Assembly: GCA_964532425.1 (NCBI GenBank) | Contig: CAZHIA010000004.1 | Location: forward strand, 83,740 to 147,739 | Length of the DNA: 64,000 nt | Source of the DNA: an uncultured Candidatus Saccharibacteria bacterium | Lineage (GTDB): Bacteria > Patescibacteriota > Doudnabacteria > UBA920 | Reading direction: 5' to 3' | Shown: one piece after another, positions 20,443 to 28,877 of the stretch | How positions within the stretch are numbered: position 1 is the stretch's first letter | How the letters are laid out: each line of letters begins with the position of its first letter | Made by a program: the position numbers and the translations under genes | Notes under the pieces: generated by a model | Told to the model about the DNA's origin: nothing | The model's database searches: none | What the model saw: only the letters and a program-made list of their open reading frames with translations

Positions 20443-20745
20443 TTACTTGGTCTGCACCCGCGGCTTTTCCTGCCCGGGAAGATTAATACCTTTCAAAAAA
20501 TCTTCCACGCTCTTGGCTGGGTCAGCCTGGAGCTGCTGCGTTTGGTCGTAAAGCTGGTTGACTTTGGCAATGTAGGGCTGCAAATAGTAATATGCCCAGA
20601 CCAGCGGCGCCACTATGATGATGATTTTGACCACGCCCCACGCTTTGGCCCAGGCCGCATCCCGCCGCATAGCATGCAGCATGCGGTTATTCTCTTCGGA
20701 TAGCTGGATGGCACGTTGAAGCAATTGTTGTTCTTCGGGAGACAT
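20443..20745 (-). CDS. Small membrane protein, hypothetical (about 101 aa, one TM: VVKIIIIVAPLVWAYYYL)
   Basis: The internal Met start (MSPEEQQLL) lies immediately downstream of the stop of the upstream gene. The longer track ORF overlaps the upstream gene and is unlikely. Confidence 0.45.
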   Translation of the reverse strand: MSPEEQQLLQRAIQLSEENNRMLHAMRRDAAWAKAWGVVKIIIIVAPLVWAYYYLQPYIAKVNQLYDQTQQLQADPAKSVEDFLKGINLPGQEKPRVQTK

Positions 20746-20788
20746 AGTTCCAATGTTAAATATAAATACTTGGTTGAGATTTATTTGT

Positions 20789-21235
20789 TTACTCCTGCTT
20801 TCTCTCCTGATCAGACAACTCTTCCAATACCGCTGTCTGCTGCAGGTAACTGAGCGATTGGAACTGAGTAATAAGTTCCTGTTGTTCCTGATCCGGGATA
20901 TCTGTAAGTAACGCCCGGAACGCTTCCAGGGTTTCTGGATGTTCTTGTACCACACGGAACCCTTTGCTTCCTACAAAATCAGCGAATGCAAAGCTAAAGG
21001 ATTGCTCGGAAGGATCAAGCGGAATGGAACAAAGCACCCACTTTTGATCATCTTCTATATACCTATCCTGCCGCCCTAATAAACCGTTCGCGCTGGCTTG
21101 GTCAAGCAGATCCCGGAGCGCCGGAATTGAACCATCTACAACAACAGTCCCCTGCGGCCCGTGTTCGAAACCTCCGCATTCGATTCCTTCCTGGTCAAAA
21201 ATTTTCCAACGCAATACCAACGTTTTTCGTGTCAT
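20789..21235 (-). CDS. Acidic hypothetical protein (148 aa)
   Basis: The ORF shares a 4-nt start/stop overlap with the upstream HExxH gene (operon). No recognisable family. Confidence 0.5.
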   Translation of the reverse strand: MTRKTLVLRWKIFDQEGIECGGFEHGPQGTVVVDGSIPALRDLLDQASANGLLGRQDRYIEDDQKWVLCSIPLDPSEQSFSFAFADFVGSKGFRVVQEHPETLEAFRALLTDIPDQEQQELITQFQSLSYLQQTAVLEELSDQERKQE

Positions 21236-22497
21236 GTGCCAGCATGCTCCTGTGCGCGCAGTTGCGCGAAATAAGGATGAAGGATGCGATTGCTCGAATT
21301 TTCGGATACCGCACTATAGTTCTTCTGTCCCTTGACGCAGTCATATCCCGGAGATCCTCGTTTCAGCTGGCTAACGACAATACGGGCATCTTTGACATTC
21401 AGTGACCCCGGATCCTTATAATACGCTTCAACAATCTCCGAAAAATACTCCCGTGCCTTTAAATATGTTTGTGTGTGCGCATCCTTATTGTTTATTGACT
21501 CAACGTAACTTGAATTGTACCGATCGTCGCTCGAGAGGCGGTCTGCCAGCTGTAGGGCAAGCTTTTGGCGTTCCTCGGGATTCATATATGGATTCGTCCA
21601 ACAGTCATTTCCATGAGCCACTTCATGCGGCAACGTACTGAAGACCTCCGTGGGAGAGCTTGTGGCCGACGACGAATACGTTACCTGGGCTTCCCCGATC
21701 GTATCACACCGCTCGCACTGGGCAAGCGCCTTGCCGTCTTTAATGTTGTACAGACTCGGTATAGGAATCTCTCGGTTAACGATATCAATCCTCTTGAACC
21801 TCATATACACCCAGGCGGGCGGGAGACTCTTTAATCCGTTCCGAATCTCTTCAGATGTAATCTCGAACTCGTCATTCACGGATCTTTCAACCACTCTCCC
21901 GTCTGCTGAAGAACTACTGAGTGTATAATTCTTGAATTTCGCTTTGAACTGCCCGACTTGAACATTTCGCACTGCCCGTTCGGAATCAAGCGAAGTGTCA
22001 ACAATCAGGCCCTCACCTTTGAACAAATCTTCCGCCCACTCCCCATAAATATCCCTCACTTGTTTTGCCTCGGCTGTTTCCGGACCATGCTCTTCTTTTG
22101 TACCACTGCCGTGTTCGGAATCCTGAGGGATTGTCCGTTCTGTTTTTGACCTTGGATGCCGCTCTAAATATTCACCGCCGACATAAATTCCGAACGCGCC
22201 AATCAAAGCTCCGTAGGTAGTCGCCTTCAGGAGCAGGTTGCTGATGCGGGCTTTTTTTGCACGCGCTCTGTTCGCAACAGCCTCCTGGGCTGCCGCGCCA
22301 TACGGCGAGACAACATCCCAATGTTCAAAGGGAATAGTAGTGTCCGATTTCGGAGTTCTTTTATCCTCCGTCCGTCTCGCACTCGGAGGATTGTCTTTTC
22401 CGGTATGACTGACTTTTTCTGGCTGCCGTTTGAACGGCGACACAACATCCCAGTGCTTGTTGATTTCGTCTTCACTGAACTGCGGGTATTCTTTCAT
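21232..22497 (-). CDS. Membrane-anchored putative zinc metallopeptidase. It has an HExxH motif (LPHEVAHGND) in the extracytoplasmic domain, and the N-terminal cytoplasmic region carries a duplicated HWDVVSP motif.
   Basis: One TM helix (TYGALIGAFGIYVGG). HEVAH motif. The N-terminal repeat EINKHWDVVSPF / IPFEHWDVVSPY. Confidence 0.55.
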   Translation of the reverse strand: MKEYPQFSEDEINKHWDVVSPFKRQPEKVSHTGKDNPPSARRTEDKRTPKSDTTIPFEHWDVVSPYGAAAQEAVANRARAKKARISNLLLKATTYGALIGAFGIYVGGEYLERHPRSKTERTIPQDSEHGSGTKEEHGPETAEAKQVRDIYGEWAEDLFKGEGLIVDTSLDSERAVRNVQVGQFKAKFKNYTLSSSSADGRVVERSVNDEFEITSEEIRNGLKSLPPAWVYMRFKRIDIVNREIPIPSLYNIKDGKALAQCERCDTIGEAQVTYSSSATSSPTEVFSTLPHEVAHGNDCWTNPYMNPEERQKLALQLADRLSSDDRYNSSYVESINNKDAHTQTYLKAREYFSEIVEAYYKDPGSLNVKDARIVVSQLKRGSPGYDCVKGQKNYSAVSENSSNRILHPYFAQLRAQEHAGT

Positions 22498-22525
22498 GTA
22501 CAGGTCTTAATGAATATATTTAGCT

Positions 22526-23560
22526 TCACCGCGCGTACTCTCTGCGGTATATCGTCATCAGCGCCACCAACAGGGCCATAAGGATGGGGCCGATGAGAAA
22601 GCCGATAAGTCCGAAAAACTCGATGCCACCGAGAATGGAAAATAGAATGAGAAGCGGGTGCAGATTGGCGCGCGAACCGATCCAGCGCGGGCTGAAAATA
22701 TTATCGATCGTCCCGATGGACACCAGCGACCAAATAGCCAAGCCAATAGCCGCGCCAATGTGTCCGGTAATGAGCAGGTAAGCGCAAGCCGAACCGAGCG
22801 ACAGGGTCGTTCCCAATGTCGGCACGAATGCCGCCAAGACCACGAAGATCGCCCAGAGAAACGGCGACGGGACATGAAAAATGTAGAAACCGATTACCGA
22901 AGCGGTGCCCTGCGCCAGAGAGGTGAGAAATGAGCCCTGGACCACGCCCTTGATAGCCTGCTCGAGCTGGTCAGCGATAGCCTGTTCATGTTCGCGTGAC
23001 AGTGGCAAGACTGAGCTGATAAACTCCCGCAATTGCCGGCCGTCCCTCAGCAAATAATATACCGAGATCAGCACCAGGAAGAACGAAATCATGAATCCGC
23101 CGACATTGGAAAGGATGGCAGTGGCGGATTTGAATGCATTGGTAGAAAAGCCCGCCATCCAGTTATGCAGGTTGGCATTGGCAAAATCCACGACGCTCTG
23201 CAGCCAGTGCGGCCAGTGGTGGGCGGTTGTGGTCGGTATCAGCGTGCCGCCAGCTTGATAATGGTTATAAACAGTTACCACTTCGTCTACCACTGCCCTA
23301 CCGACAAAAGAAAGTGGAATGAGGACAACAATAAGAATGAGCAGGACGGTGGCGAAAGCGGACCAGCCTGGCGATGCAATTCGCGCATTGAACCGGTGAA
23401 AGATAGGATAAAATAAAATCGCAAAAATCCCGGCTAGCAGAATCAGTCGTAAAAATGGCCAGACAATGGCGCCGACAAATAACAAAACAAGCCCCAACAG
23501 AATAAGCAAACTAATGGATTGTGCGCGATGATTGTCCATGAGATAGTAAACATTTAACAT
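22526..23560 (-). CDS. AI-2E family transporter (PerM / UPF0118 / TqsA-like), paralog 1
   Basis: About 8 TM helices and the typical AI-2E architecture. It is homologous to the adjacent gene. Confidence 0.8.
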   Translation of the reverse strand: MLNVYYLMDNHRAQSISLLILLGLVLLFVGAIVWPFLRLILLAGIFAILFYPIFHRFNARIASPGWSAFATVLLILIVVLIPLSFVGRAVVDEVVTVYNHYQAGGTLIPTTTAHHWPHWLQSVVDFANANLHNWMAGFSTNAFKSATAILSNVGGFMISFFLVLISVYYLLRDGRQLREFISSVLPLSREHEQAIADQLEQAIKGVVQGSFLTSLAQGTASVIGFYIFHVPSPFLWAIFVVLAAFVPTLGTTLSLGSACAYLLITGHIGAAIGLAIWSLVSIGTIDNIFSPRWIGSRANLHPLLILFSILGGIEFFGLIGFLIGPILMALLVALMTIYRREYAR

Positions 23561-23630
23561 TTAACCTTTAACATTTGACCTTGGATGAGTTAGATTGGTT
23601 AAATGTCAGGTGTCAAATGTTTGCCTCAAG
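23551..23630. repeat. Hairpin-forming inverted repeat built from AACATTTAACC and AACATTTGACC words (TGACA-rich element)
   Basis: ACATTTAACCTTTAACATTTGACC ... GGTTAAATGTCAGGTGTCAAATGTT. The arms are reverse complements. It sits between the two AI-2E genes. Confidence 0.45.
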
Positions 23631-23631
23631 C

Positions 23632-24648
23632 TTATTCCTTCATCCCGAGCTGATAAATTTCCAGCAGCGCCATAAATCCTGCGGTAATGATCGGTCCTAA
23701 CAGAAATCCCAAGTAGCCGAATAGCTGAATACCTCCGATGACGGACAACAGCACCAAAAGTGGATGCAAACGCGTCTTGCTGCCAATCAGGCGGGGGCTA
23801 ATGATGTTGTCGATGGTGCCGACAGCAGCAGCACCCCAAATAGCCATGCCAACCGCTGCACCGACATGGCCGGTAAAGAATAAATACAGCACGGCGGGAA
23901 TAATAGAGATGGAAGTACCAATATTCGGAACCAAGGCCGCCAAGACCGTGAACGCTCCCCACAGGATTGGCTGCGGCACACCGAAGATTATGAAACCAAT
24001 GGTGGCCACGCCGCCTTGAACCAACGCGACCAGAAAAGAACCTTTGACCACGCCGTTAATAGCCTCTTCAAGCTTTTGGATCATGACGCTTTCGTGTTCA
24101 CGGGACAACGGGAAAGTCCGGTTGAAAAAATCTTTCAAGTGCGACCGGTCCTTGAGCAAGTAAAAAACGGAGAAAAATACTATGAAAGCGGAAAAGATAA
24201 AACCGGCCACGTTAGTAATGAGGCTGGTTGCCATATGGAAGGCATTATCGGTCAAACCGGAAATTTTACTGCCCAAATCCTGGTTCAAGTTCCCCACTAC
24301 GCCGCGGAACCGTTCAGGCACATGGCTTGCCAGATCGTTGACATCAAAAACGATCCCAGAATTGCGGTACTGGGTATAGACGTGCAATAACTCTTTCCAG
24401 AGCAGCGTGCCAATGAGCCATAACGGAACAATCACGATCAGCAAAATAATAATGACCGTGACCAGGGCCGCCCAGCCTTCGCTGTTGAGGCGCCTGGCCA
24501 GCCGCTGGTGGACCGGCTGAAACAGCACGGCCAAGATGCCGGCCAGGGCAAGCAACTGGAGATATGGGAAGAACATAAATAGGACCAGGAGTCCGGCCAA
24601 GACCAACAGCGTAAAAAAACCGATAACTTGGAGACGTTGATTGTTCAT
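23632..24648 (-). CDS. AI-2E family transporter, paralog 2
   Basis: Same architecture as 22526..23560 and alignable by eye (GSFL.AL.QG, IGFLLGPI). Confidence 0.8.
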   Translation of the reverse strand: MNNQRLQVIGFFTLLVLAGLLVLFMFFPYLQLLALAGILAVLFQPVHQRLARRLNSEGWAALVTVIIILLIVIVPLWLIGTLLWKELLHVYTQYRNSGIVFDVNDLASHVPERFRGVVGNLNQDLGSKISGLTDNAFHMATSLITNVAGFIFSAFIVFFSVFYLLKDRSHLKDFFNRTFPLSREHESVMIQKLEEAINGVVKGSFLVALVQGGVATIGFIIFGVPQPILWGAFTVLAALVPNIGTSISIIPAVLYLFFTGHVGAAVGMAIWGAAAVGTIDNIISPRLIGSKTRLHPLLVLLSVIGGIQLFGYLGFLLGPIITAGFMALLEIYQLGMKE

Positions 24649-24650
24649 AT

Positions 24651-24760
24651 ATCAAATCTACAAATGAATGCCAATATACAGATAACTACGGATTCCTGTT
24701 ATGCAGTATCTGTAGTTATTTGTAGATTTGCTACTATCTGTAGATTGGCATCTTTTATTA
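24651..24760. repeat. Imperfect roughly 110-bp palindrome composed of CTGTAG / CTACAG / CTACGG words
   Basis: AAATCTACAAATGAATGCCAAT...ACTACGGATTCC...GCAGTATCTGTAGTTATTTGTAGATTT...CTGTAGATTGGCAT. It shares words (TCTGTAGATT, ACTACGGA, TCTACAAA, GCAGTATC) with the flanks of the GxxExxY cassette at 34287-34770. Confidence 0.4.
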
Positions 24761-24769
24761 TAGCAATAA

Positions 24770-24798
24770 TTGACAAATTCTGCATTTTAATGTATTAT
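24770..24798 (+). promoter_or_regulatory. Near-consensus sigma70 promoter TTGACA-N17-TATTAT upstream of typA
   Basis: TTGACA at 24770-24775, a 17-nt spacer, and TATTAT at 24793-24798. Confidence 0.45.
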
Positions 24799-24883
24799 TA
24801 CCCCGGTTGCCCGGAAGGTGAGGGCACTTTTTATTTGCAAGGCACTGATAAACGCAGATTTGCAACGGATACACACAGATTTA

Positions 24884-24919
24884 TCCGTGTTAATCAGTAG
24901 TTAATCCGTGTTAATCAGT
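24884..24919 (+). promoter_or_regulatory. Tandem 16-bp direct repeat ATCCGTGTTAATCAGT (x2, 20-bp period) in the typA leader. Candidate operator or leader element.
   Basis: Copies at 24884-24899 and 24904-24919. The second copy ends 9 nt before the ATG at 24929. Confidence 0.35.
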
Positions 24920-24928
24920 TTTATATAT

Positions 24929-26857
24929 ATGAAAAGAGACAACATCCGCAATGTAGCCATTATCGCCCACGTTGACCATGGCAAGACCACCCTGGTCGAC
25001 GCCATGCTCAAGCAGACTCACACGGTTAAGGACAACCCTGACCAGAAGGACCTGATCATGGACAGCATGGACTTGGAGCGCGAACGCGGCATTACCATAC
25101 GCGCCAAGAACGCGTCTTTAATGTACAAGGACGTGAAAATCAATATCGTTGATACTCCCGGCCATGCCGACTTCGGTGGCGAGGTGGAGCGGACTTTGCG
25201 TATGGCTGACGGCGTACTGCTCCTGGTGGATGCCAAAGAAGGCCCCATGCCGCAGACCAAGTTCGTGCTCAAAAAGGCCCTGGAACTGGGACTGAAGGCC
25301 ATTGTAGTGGTTAATAAAGTAGACAAGCCCGATGCCCAGGTCGACCATACCGTCAACAAGACGTTCGACTTGTTCGTGCACTTAAATGCCAACCACGAAC
25401 AGCTGGACTTCCCGATCATCTATGCTTCCGGCGTAAAAGGCCTGGCGGACGAAAACCTGGATGCGCTCCTGGCCAAAATCAAAAATAATGCGGAGCCCGA
25501 TGTTATTCCCCTGTTTGATGCCATCATCGAGCACATTCCCGCTCCGGACGTAAAACCGGAGGACCCGTTTGCTATGCTCGTCCTAGCTTTAAAATACGAC
25601 AACTACAAGGGCAAAATGGGCATTGGCAAAATAGTTTCCGGATCCGTTAAGAAAGCCCAAAACATTATACGCATCACGGCTGATGGACAACGCACGAGCG
25701 GCAAAATCACTTCAATGCAAATGTACGAAGGTCTTATTCCCGTCGACGTGGAAGAGGCCGCAGCCGGCGATATCGTCGCTCTGGCGGGATTCGATGACGT
25801 GTCCATAGGCGAAACCTTTACCGATCCGACAAGCCCGATCCACCTGGAACCGGTCCAAATAGAACCACCTACTATCAAAATGACTTTCGGTGTTAACACT
25901 TCCCCATTCGCCGGCAAAGAAGGCAAGTTCGTAACCTCCCGCAACCTGCGCGATCGCTTGTACAAAGAATTGGAGATCAACGTTGCCCTGAAAGTTGAGC
26001 CTTCCGAAGAGGGCGCGGAAAGCTTCTTGGTTTCCGGACGAGGCGAACTGCATTTGGGCGTACTGATCGAAACCATGCGGCGCGAAGGCTTTGAGCTGCA
26101 GGTATCCCAGCCACAGGTAATTTTCCATTATATGAAACCGCTCGACGGAACCCCTGCCCCCCATCAGCATGTGGAAACCATCGACGGAAAACAATTCGTC
26201 GCAACCACCCCGGATGACCCCCAGGCGACTAGATTCGAGCCTTACGAAGTTGTCACCATAGACGTGCCGAGCGAGTATCAAGGTTCTGTCATCGAAGAAA
26301 TGGGCAAACGCGGTGGCGTTATGCAGCACATGGACTCCTCCGGAGAGAACAGCGAACTCCATGCCGAATATCTCATCCCCACCCGCGGCTTGATAGGACT
26401 CAAGAACCTGCTGCTCACCCGCACCCGCGGCACGGTCATCATGAACAATTTGTTCGATTCCTATAAGCCGGTGCATGAGATTGACACCCACGCCAATGAC
26501 CATGGTTCCCTTATATCCAGCGAGTCCGGCGTTTCTAATGCGTACGGCCTCAACAACGCCCAGGAGCGCGGCATCCTGTTCATCGGCCCGGCTGTGGAAG
26601 TTTACGAAGGCATGGTGGTCGGCAAGAATGCCCTTGATTCCGACCTGGAGCTGAATGTCTGCAAGACCAAGAAACTCACCAACATGCGCTCCTCGGGCGC
26701 GGACGACGCCATCATTCTCACTCCCGCACGCCCGGTGGAACTGGACTTCGCTCTGGAATATATCGGCCCCGACGAACTGGTTGAAGTCACCCCCTTGTCC
26801 ATTCGCATCCGCAAGAAGATTCTCAATGCCATCGAACGCAAGAGAGCAAACAGATAG
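24929..26857 (+). CDS. typA: Translational GTPase TypA/BipA
   Basis: G1 motif AHVDHGKTT, DTPGH and NKVD. The EF-G-like domain order and the length of about 640 aa fit TypA. The start is taken at MKRDNIRNVAIIAHVDHGK. Confidence 0.92.
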   Translation: MKRDNIRNVAIIAHVDHGKTTLVDAMLKQTHTVKDNPDQKDLIMDSMDLERERGITIRAKNASLMYKDVKINIVDTPGHADFGGEVERTLRMADGVLLLVDAKEGPMPQTKFVLKKALELGLKAIVVVNKVDKPDAQVDHTVNKTFDLFVHLNANHEQLDFPIIYASGVKGLADENLDALLAKIKNNAEPDVIPLFDAIIEHIPAPDVKPEDPFAMLVLALKYDNYKGKMGIGKIVSGSVKKAQNIIRITADGQRTSGKITSMQMYEGLIPVDVEEAAAGDIVALAGFDDVSIGETFTDPTSPIHLEPVQIEPPTIKMTFGVNTSPFAGKEGKFVTSRNLRDRLYKELEINVALKVEPSEEGAESFLVSGRGELHLGVLIETMRREGFELQVSQPQVIFHYMKPLDGTPAPHQHVETIDGKQFVATTPDDPQATRFEPYEVVTIDVPSEYQGSVIEEMGKRGGVMQHMDSSGENSELHAEYLIPTRGLIGLKNLLLTRTRGTVIMNNLFDSYKPVHEIDTHANDHGSLISSESGVSNAYGLNNAQERGILFIGPAVEVYEGMVVGKNALDSDLELNVCKTKKLTNMRSSGADDAIILTPARPVELDFALEYIGPDELVEVTPLSIRIRKKILNAIERKRANR

Positions 26858-26896
26858 CCAGGACAACATTTGACCTGTGACATGTGACAATTGACT

Positions 26897-26927
26897 GAAA
26901 ACCCCGCCCTGTTGGGCGGGGTTTTGT
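26897..26927. terminator. Bidirectional rho-independent terminator (CCCCGCCC-TGTT-GGGCGGGG followed by TTTTG, with an A-run upstream)
   Basis: Perfect 8-bp GC stem between the convergent typA and 26937..27785 genes. Confidence 0.6.
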
Positions 26928-26936
26928 CGATGTTCA

Positions 26937-27785
26937 TTATTGATTGGATGGAGCCGTGGCCGTTGTAGAGGGTGTCGTTGCCGCGGCCTTAGCCTGACAG
27001 GTCTTCAGAAGTGTATCACGATTCTTGAGAGCTGACTCATTCTTACTCTTCCGGCTGTCACCAGCTGCTTTCATGGCTGCTTTTCTTGCGTCCTGAACTT
27101 TTGATACCGCATCTTTGCGCTTAGCATTGGCCGCCTGCACGGCTTTCTGGAAGGCTTCGTTTGCCGCTTTGATCGCAGTCTGCCGGGCCTCTTGGGCTTT
27201 CTTTACCGCACTCGCATAGGCAGCTTTTGCCGCCTTGATCGTTTCCGGGCTCGTCGTACCAGCCGCAGCTATTGTGCTTGCCCTGGTGGATGATGCCGCT
27301 GCTACTGCAGCCTTATATGCATCTTGCGCTTTGGACATGGCTGTCTGGCGGTCGTCTTTGGCTTTCTTCATTTCCGCTTGATATACCGCTATGGCATCCT
27401 TAGAACTGCTGGCATATGTTTGCTGGGCAGCCTTGATGGCTTTGGTATATTCCGAAGTGCTGCTTGCTATAGTTTGGCGGTACGCCAGGCGTGCCGCTTC
27501 GTTATCTTTTATGCATTGCTGAAGCGCCTGCTGATTTGCCTGGCGCTGCTGCTGAAATTGAGTCTTTTGCGCTTCCCGTACGGTCTTCTGCTGTTCCAGA
27601 AGGTCTTTACGCTCCTGCTGCTGCTGTTGCCGCAAAGGCGTTGGTGAGGGCGCGGCGCCGGTGTCTGCCGCAAAGACGGCCATGCTTGGCGCGAGCATGC
27701 CGGCAGAGACTGCCACTGCCGCAGCTATTTTTATCATTCGATTGTGCATACTGTTTTTGTATCTCCTCCCCCGCTCGGCGGGCAT
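26937..27785 (-). CDS. Secreted Ala/Gln/Lys-rich coiled-coil protein, hypothetical
   Basis: Signal-like segment MIKIAAAVAVSAGMLAPSMAVFA. The rest is strongly low-complexity AKQ-rich and predicted alpha-helical. The start is ambiguous (M1, M13 or M17). A TATAAT-like box lies just upstream of M1. Confidence 0.5.
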   Translation of the reverse strand: MPAERGRRYKNSMHNRMIKIAAAVAVSAGMLAPSMAVFAADTGAAPSPTPLRQQQQQERKDLLEQQKTVREAQKTQFQQQRQANQQALQQCIKDNEAARLAYRQTIASSTSEYTKAIKAAQQTYASSSKDAIAVYQAEMKKAKDDRQTAMSKAQDAYKAAVAAASSTRASTIAAAGTTSPETIKAAKAAYASAVKKAQEARQTAIKAANEAFQKAVQAANAKRKDAVSKVQDARKAAMKAAGDSRKSKNESALKNRDTLLKTCQAKAAATTPSTTATAPSNQ

Positions 27786-27834
27786 GAATGGTTGTTTATA
27801 CTATTATACCACAGGCTTACATATTTCCATGGCC

Positions 27835-28815
27835 CTATGCCATCAATTGCACGAGAATGAGATCGAGCAGCACGCGCGGGGGCGTCTGACTGGTCTTTAA
27901 TTCTTCGTCCAAATGCTCGAGCTTGTTGAGCGCGTCGATGACGCGGGCTGCGGGAAAACGGCCGGCGATTTTTTTCATAACAAAAACCCTGCCGCTCTTC
28001 CAGCCGGTCTTAGCCAGAATCTCTTCCTCCGGCACGCGCCGCTGCACAAAATCCTGGATCATAGCAACATTCCGAAATTGTTCCGAGAGCAGTGCATTCA
28101 ACTGGATAATACCGCCCTTCTCATCTGCACTGGTATTATCCTTCAAAAATCGCTGAATAAGTTGTATGGTCTTCAGCTTGTCTGAGTCTGCAATCGCATT
28201 CGTAATCTCCAAGGCATCAGCCTGAACCCCGGTCTCAACAAGCGCCTGCACCGCATCCGGCGTAATCTCTCCGCCGTCGGCATAGGCTAATAGTTTTTGC
28301 AGTTCGCTTTCGGCCTGCCACAAAGTGAACGCTTCCTCAACCGAGACCACCTTGCCGCCGAACTTCGTTTCCTTGCAGCTGTCGCGCCCGAGGGCCCGGG
28401 CTAGAGCATCGGCAGCTTTCGGACTGAGCGTGGCGCCGGCTTTCCGTGCCCGCGCAATGAGCCACTGGTCGAGTTCTTTGCCGTGCGGCAATAAAAATTC
28501 CTTGACCGTGACCGCTTTGTTATCCAAAATCTCTTTGTTCACCTTCACCCGCTTATCGACCGACGGTGCGCAGAGAACCACATGATTCGGACTTTGGGCG
28601 ATCTTTCCGAGTGCCGAATCCAGCACAGCCGGCTGGACATCTTCCAAAATAAATAGTTTGGGCTTACTAAAAAGATTTTGCTCTAAAAACACCTGCGCAT
28701 TCGGCAGTTCCTGCGGGCCCCGGAACGTCTGCACTTCCAAAGAGCCTTTTTTTGCCAACTCAGCAAGCTCTTGGCGTTTGGTAAAATCATCAGGTCCAAG
28801 ATAGATGGAAAGCAT
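27835..28815 (-). CDS. holA: DNA polymerase III delta subunit (HolA)-like
   Basis: The length and the N-terminal clamp-loader delta-like pattern (LF.LED) fit, as does the helical C-terminal domain. The call is made from memory of the family. Confidence 0.5.
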   Translation of the reverse strand: MLSIYLGPDDFTKRQELAELAKKGSLEVQTFRGPQELPNAQVFLEQNLFSKPKLFILEDVQPAVLDSALGKIAQSPNHVVLCAPSVDKRVKVNKEILDNKAVTVKEFLLPHGKELDQWLIARARKAGATLSPKAADALARALGRDSCKETKFGGKVVSVEEAFTLWQAESELQKLLAYADGGEITPDAVQALVETGVQADALEITNAIADSDKLKTIQLIQRFLKDNTSADEKGGIIQLNALLSEQFRNVAMIQDFVQRRVPEEEILAKTGWKSGRVFVMKKIAGRFPAARVIDALNKLEHLDEELKTSQTPPRVLLDLILVQLMA

Positions 28816-28877
28816 GTAGGTAGTGTACCATTTAACCGCAAAGCCATCAAAAAACCGTCCTGCCTAAGGCGGACGGT

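Noticed and set aside
20443-20955. Long form (170 aa) of the small membrane-protein ORF
   Set aside because: The N-terminal 70 codons overlap the upstream gene 20789-21235 and are basic low-complexity. The internal Met (MSPEEQ) directly after the upstream stop gives a compact operon arrangement.
25712-26890. 392-aa ORF on the minus strand antisense to typA
   Set aside because: It lies fully inside the highly conserved TypA/BipA coding region on the opposite strand. Long antisense ORFs are common in GC-moderate genes, and no motifs support it.
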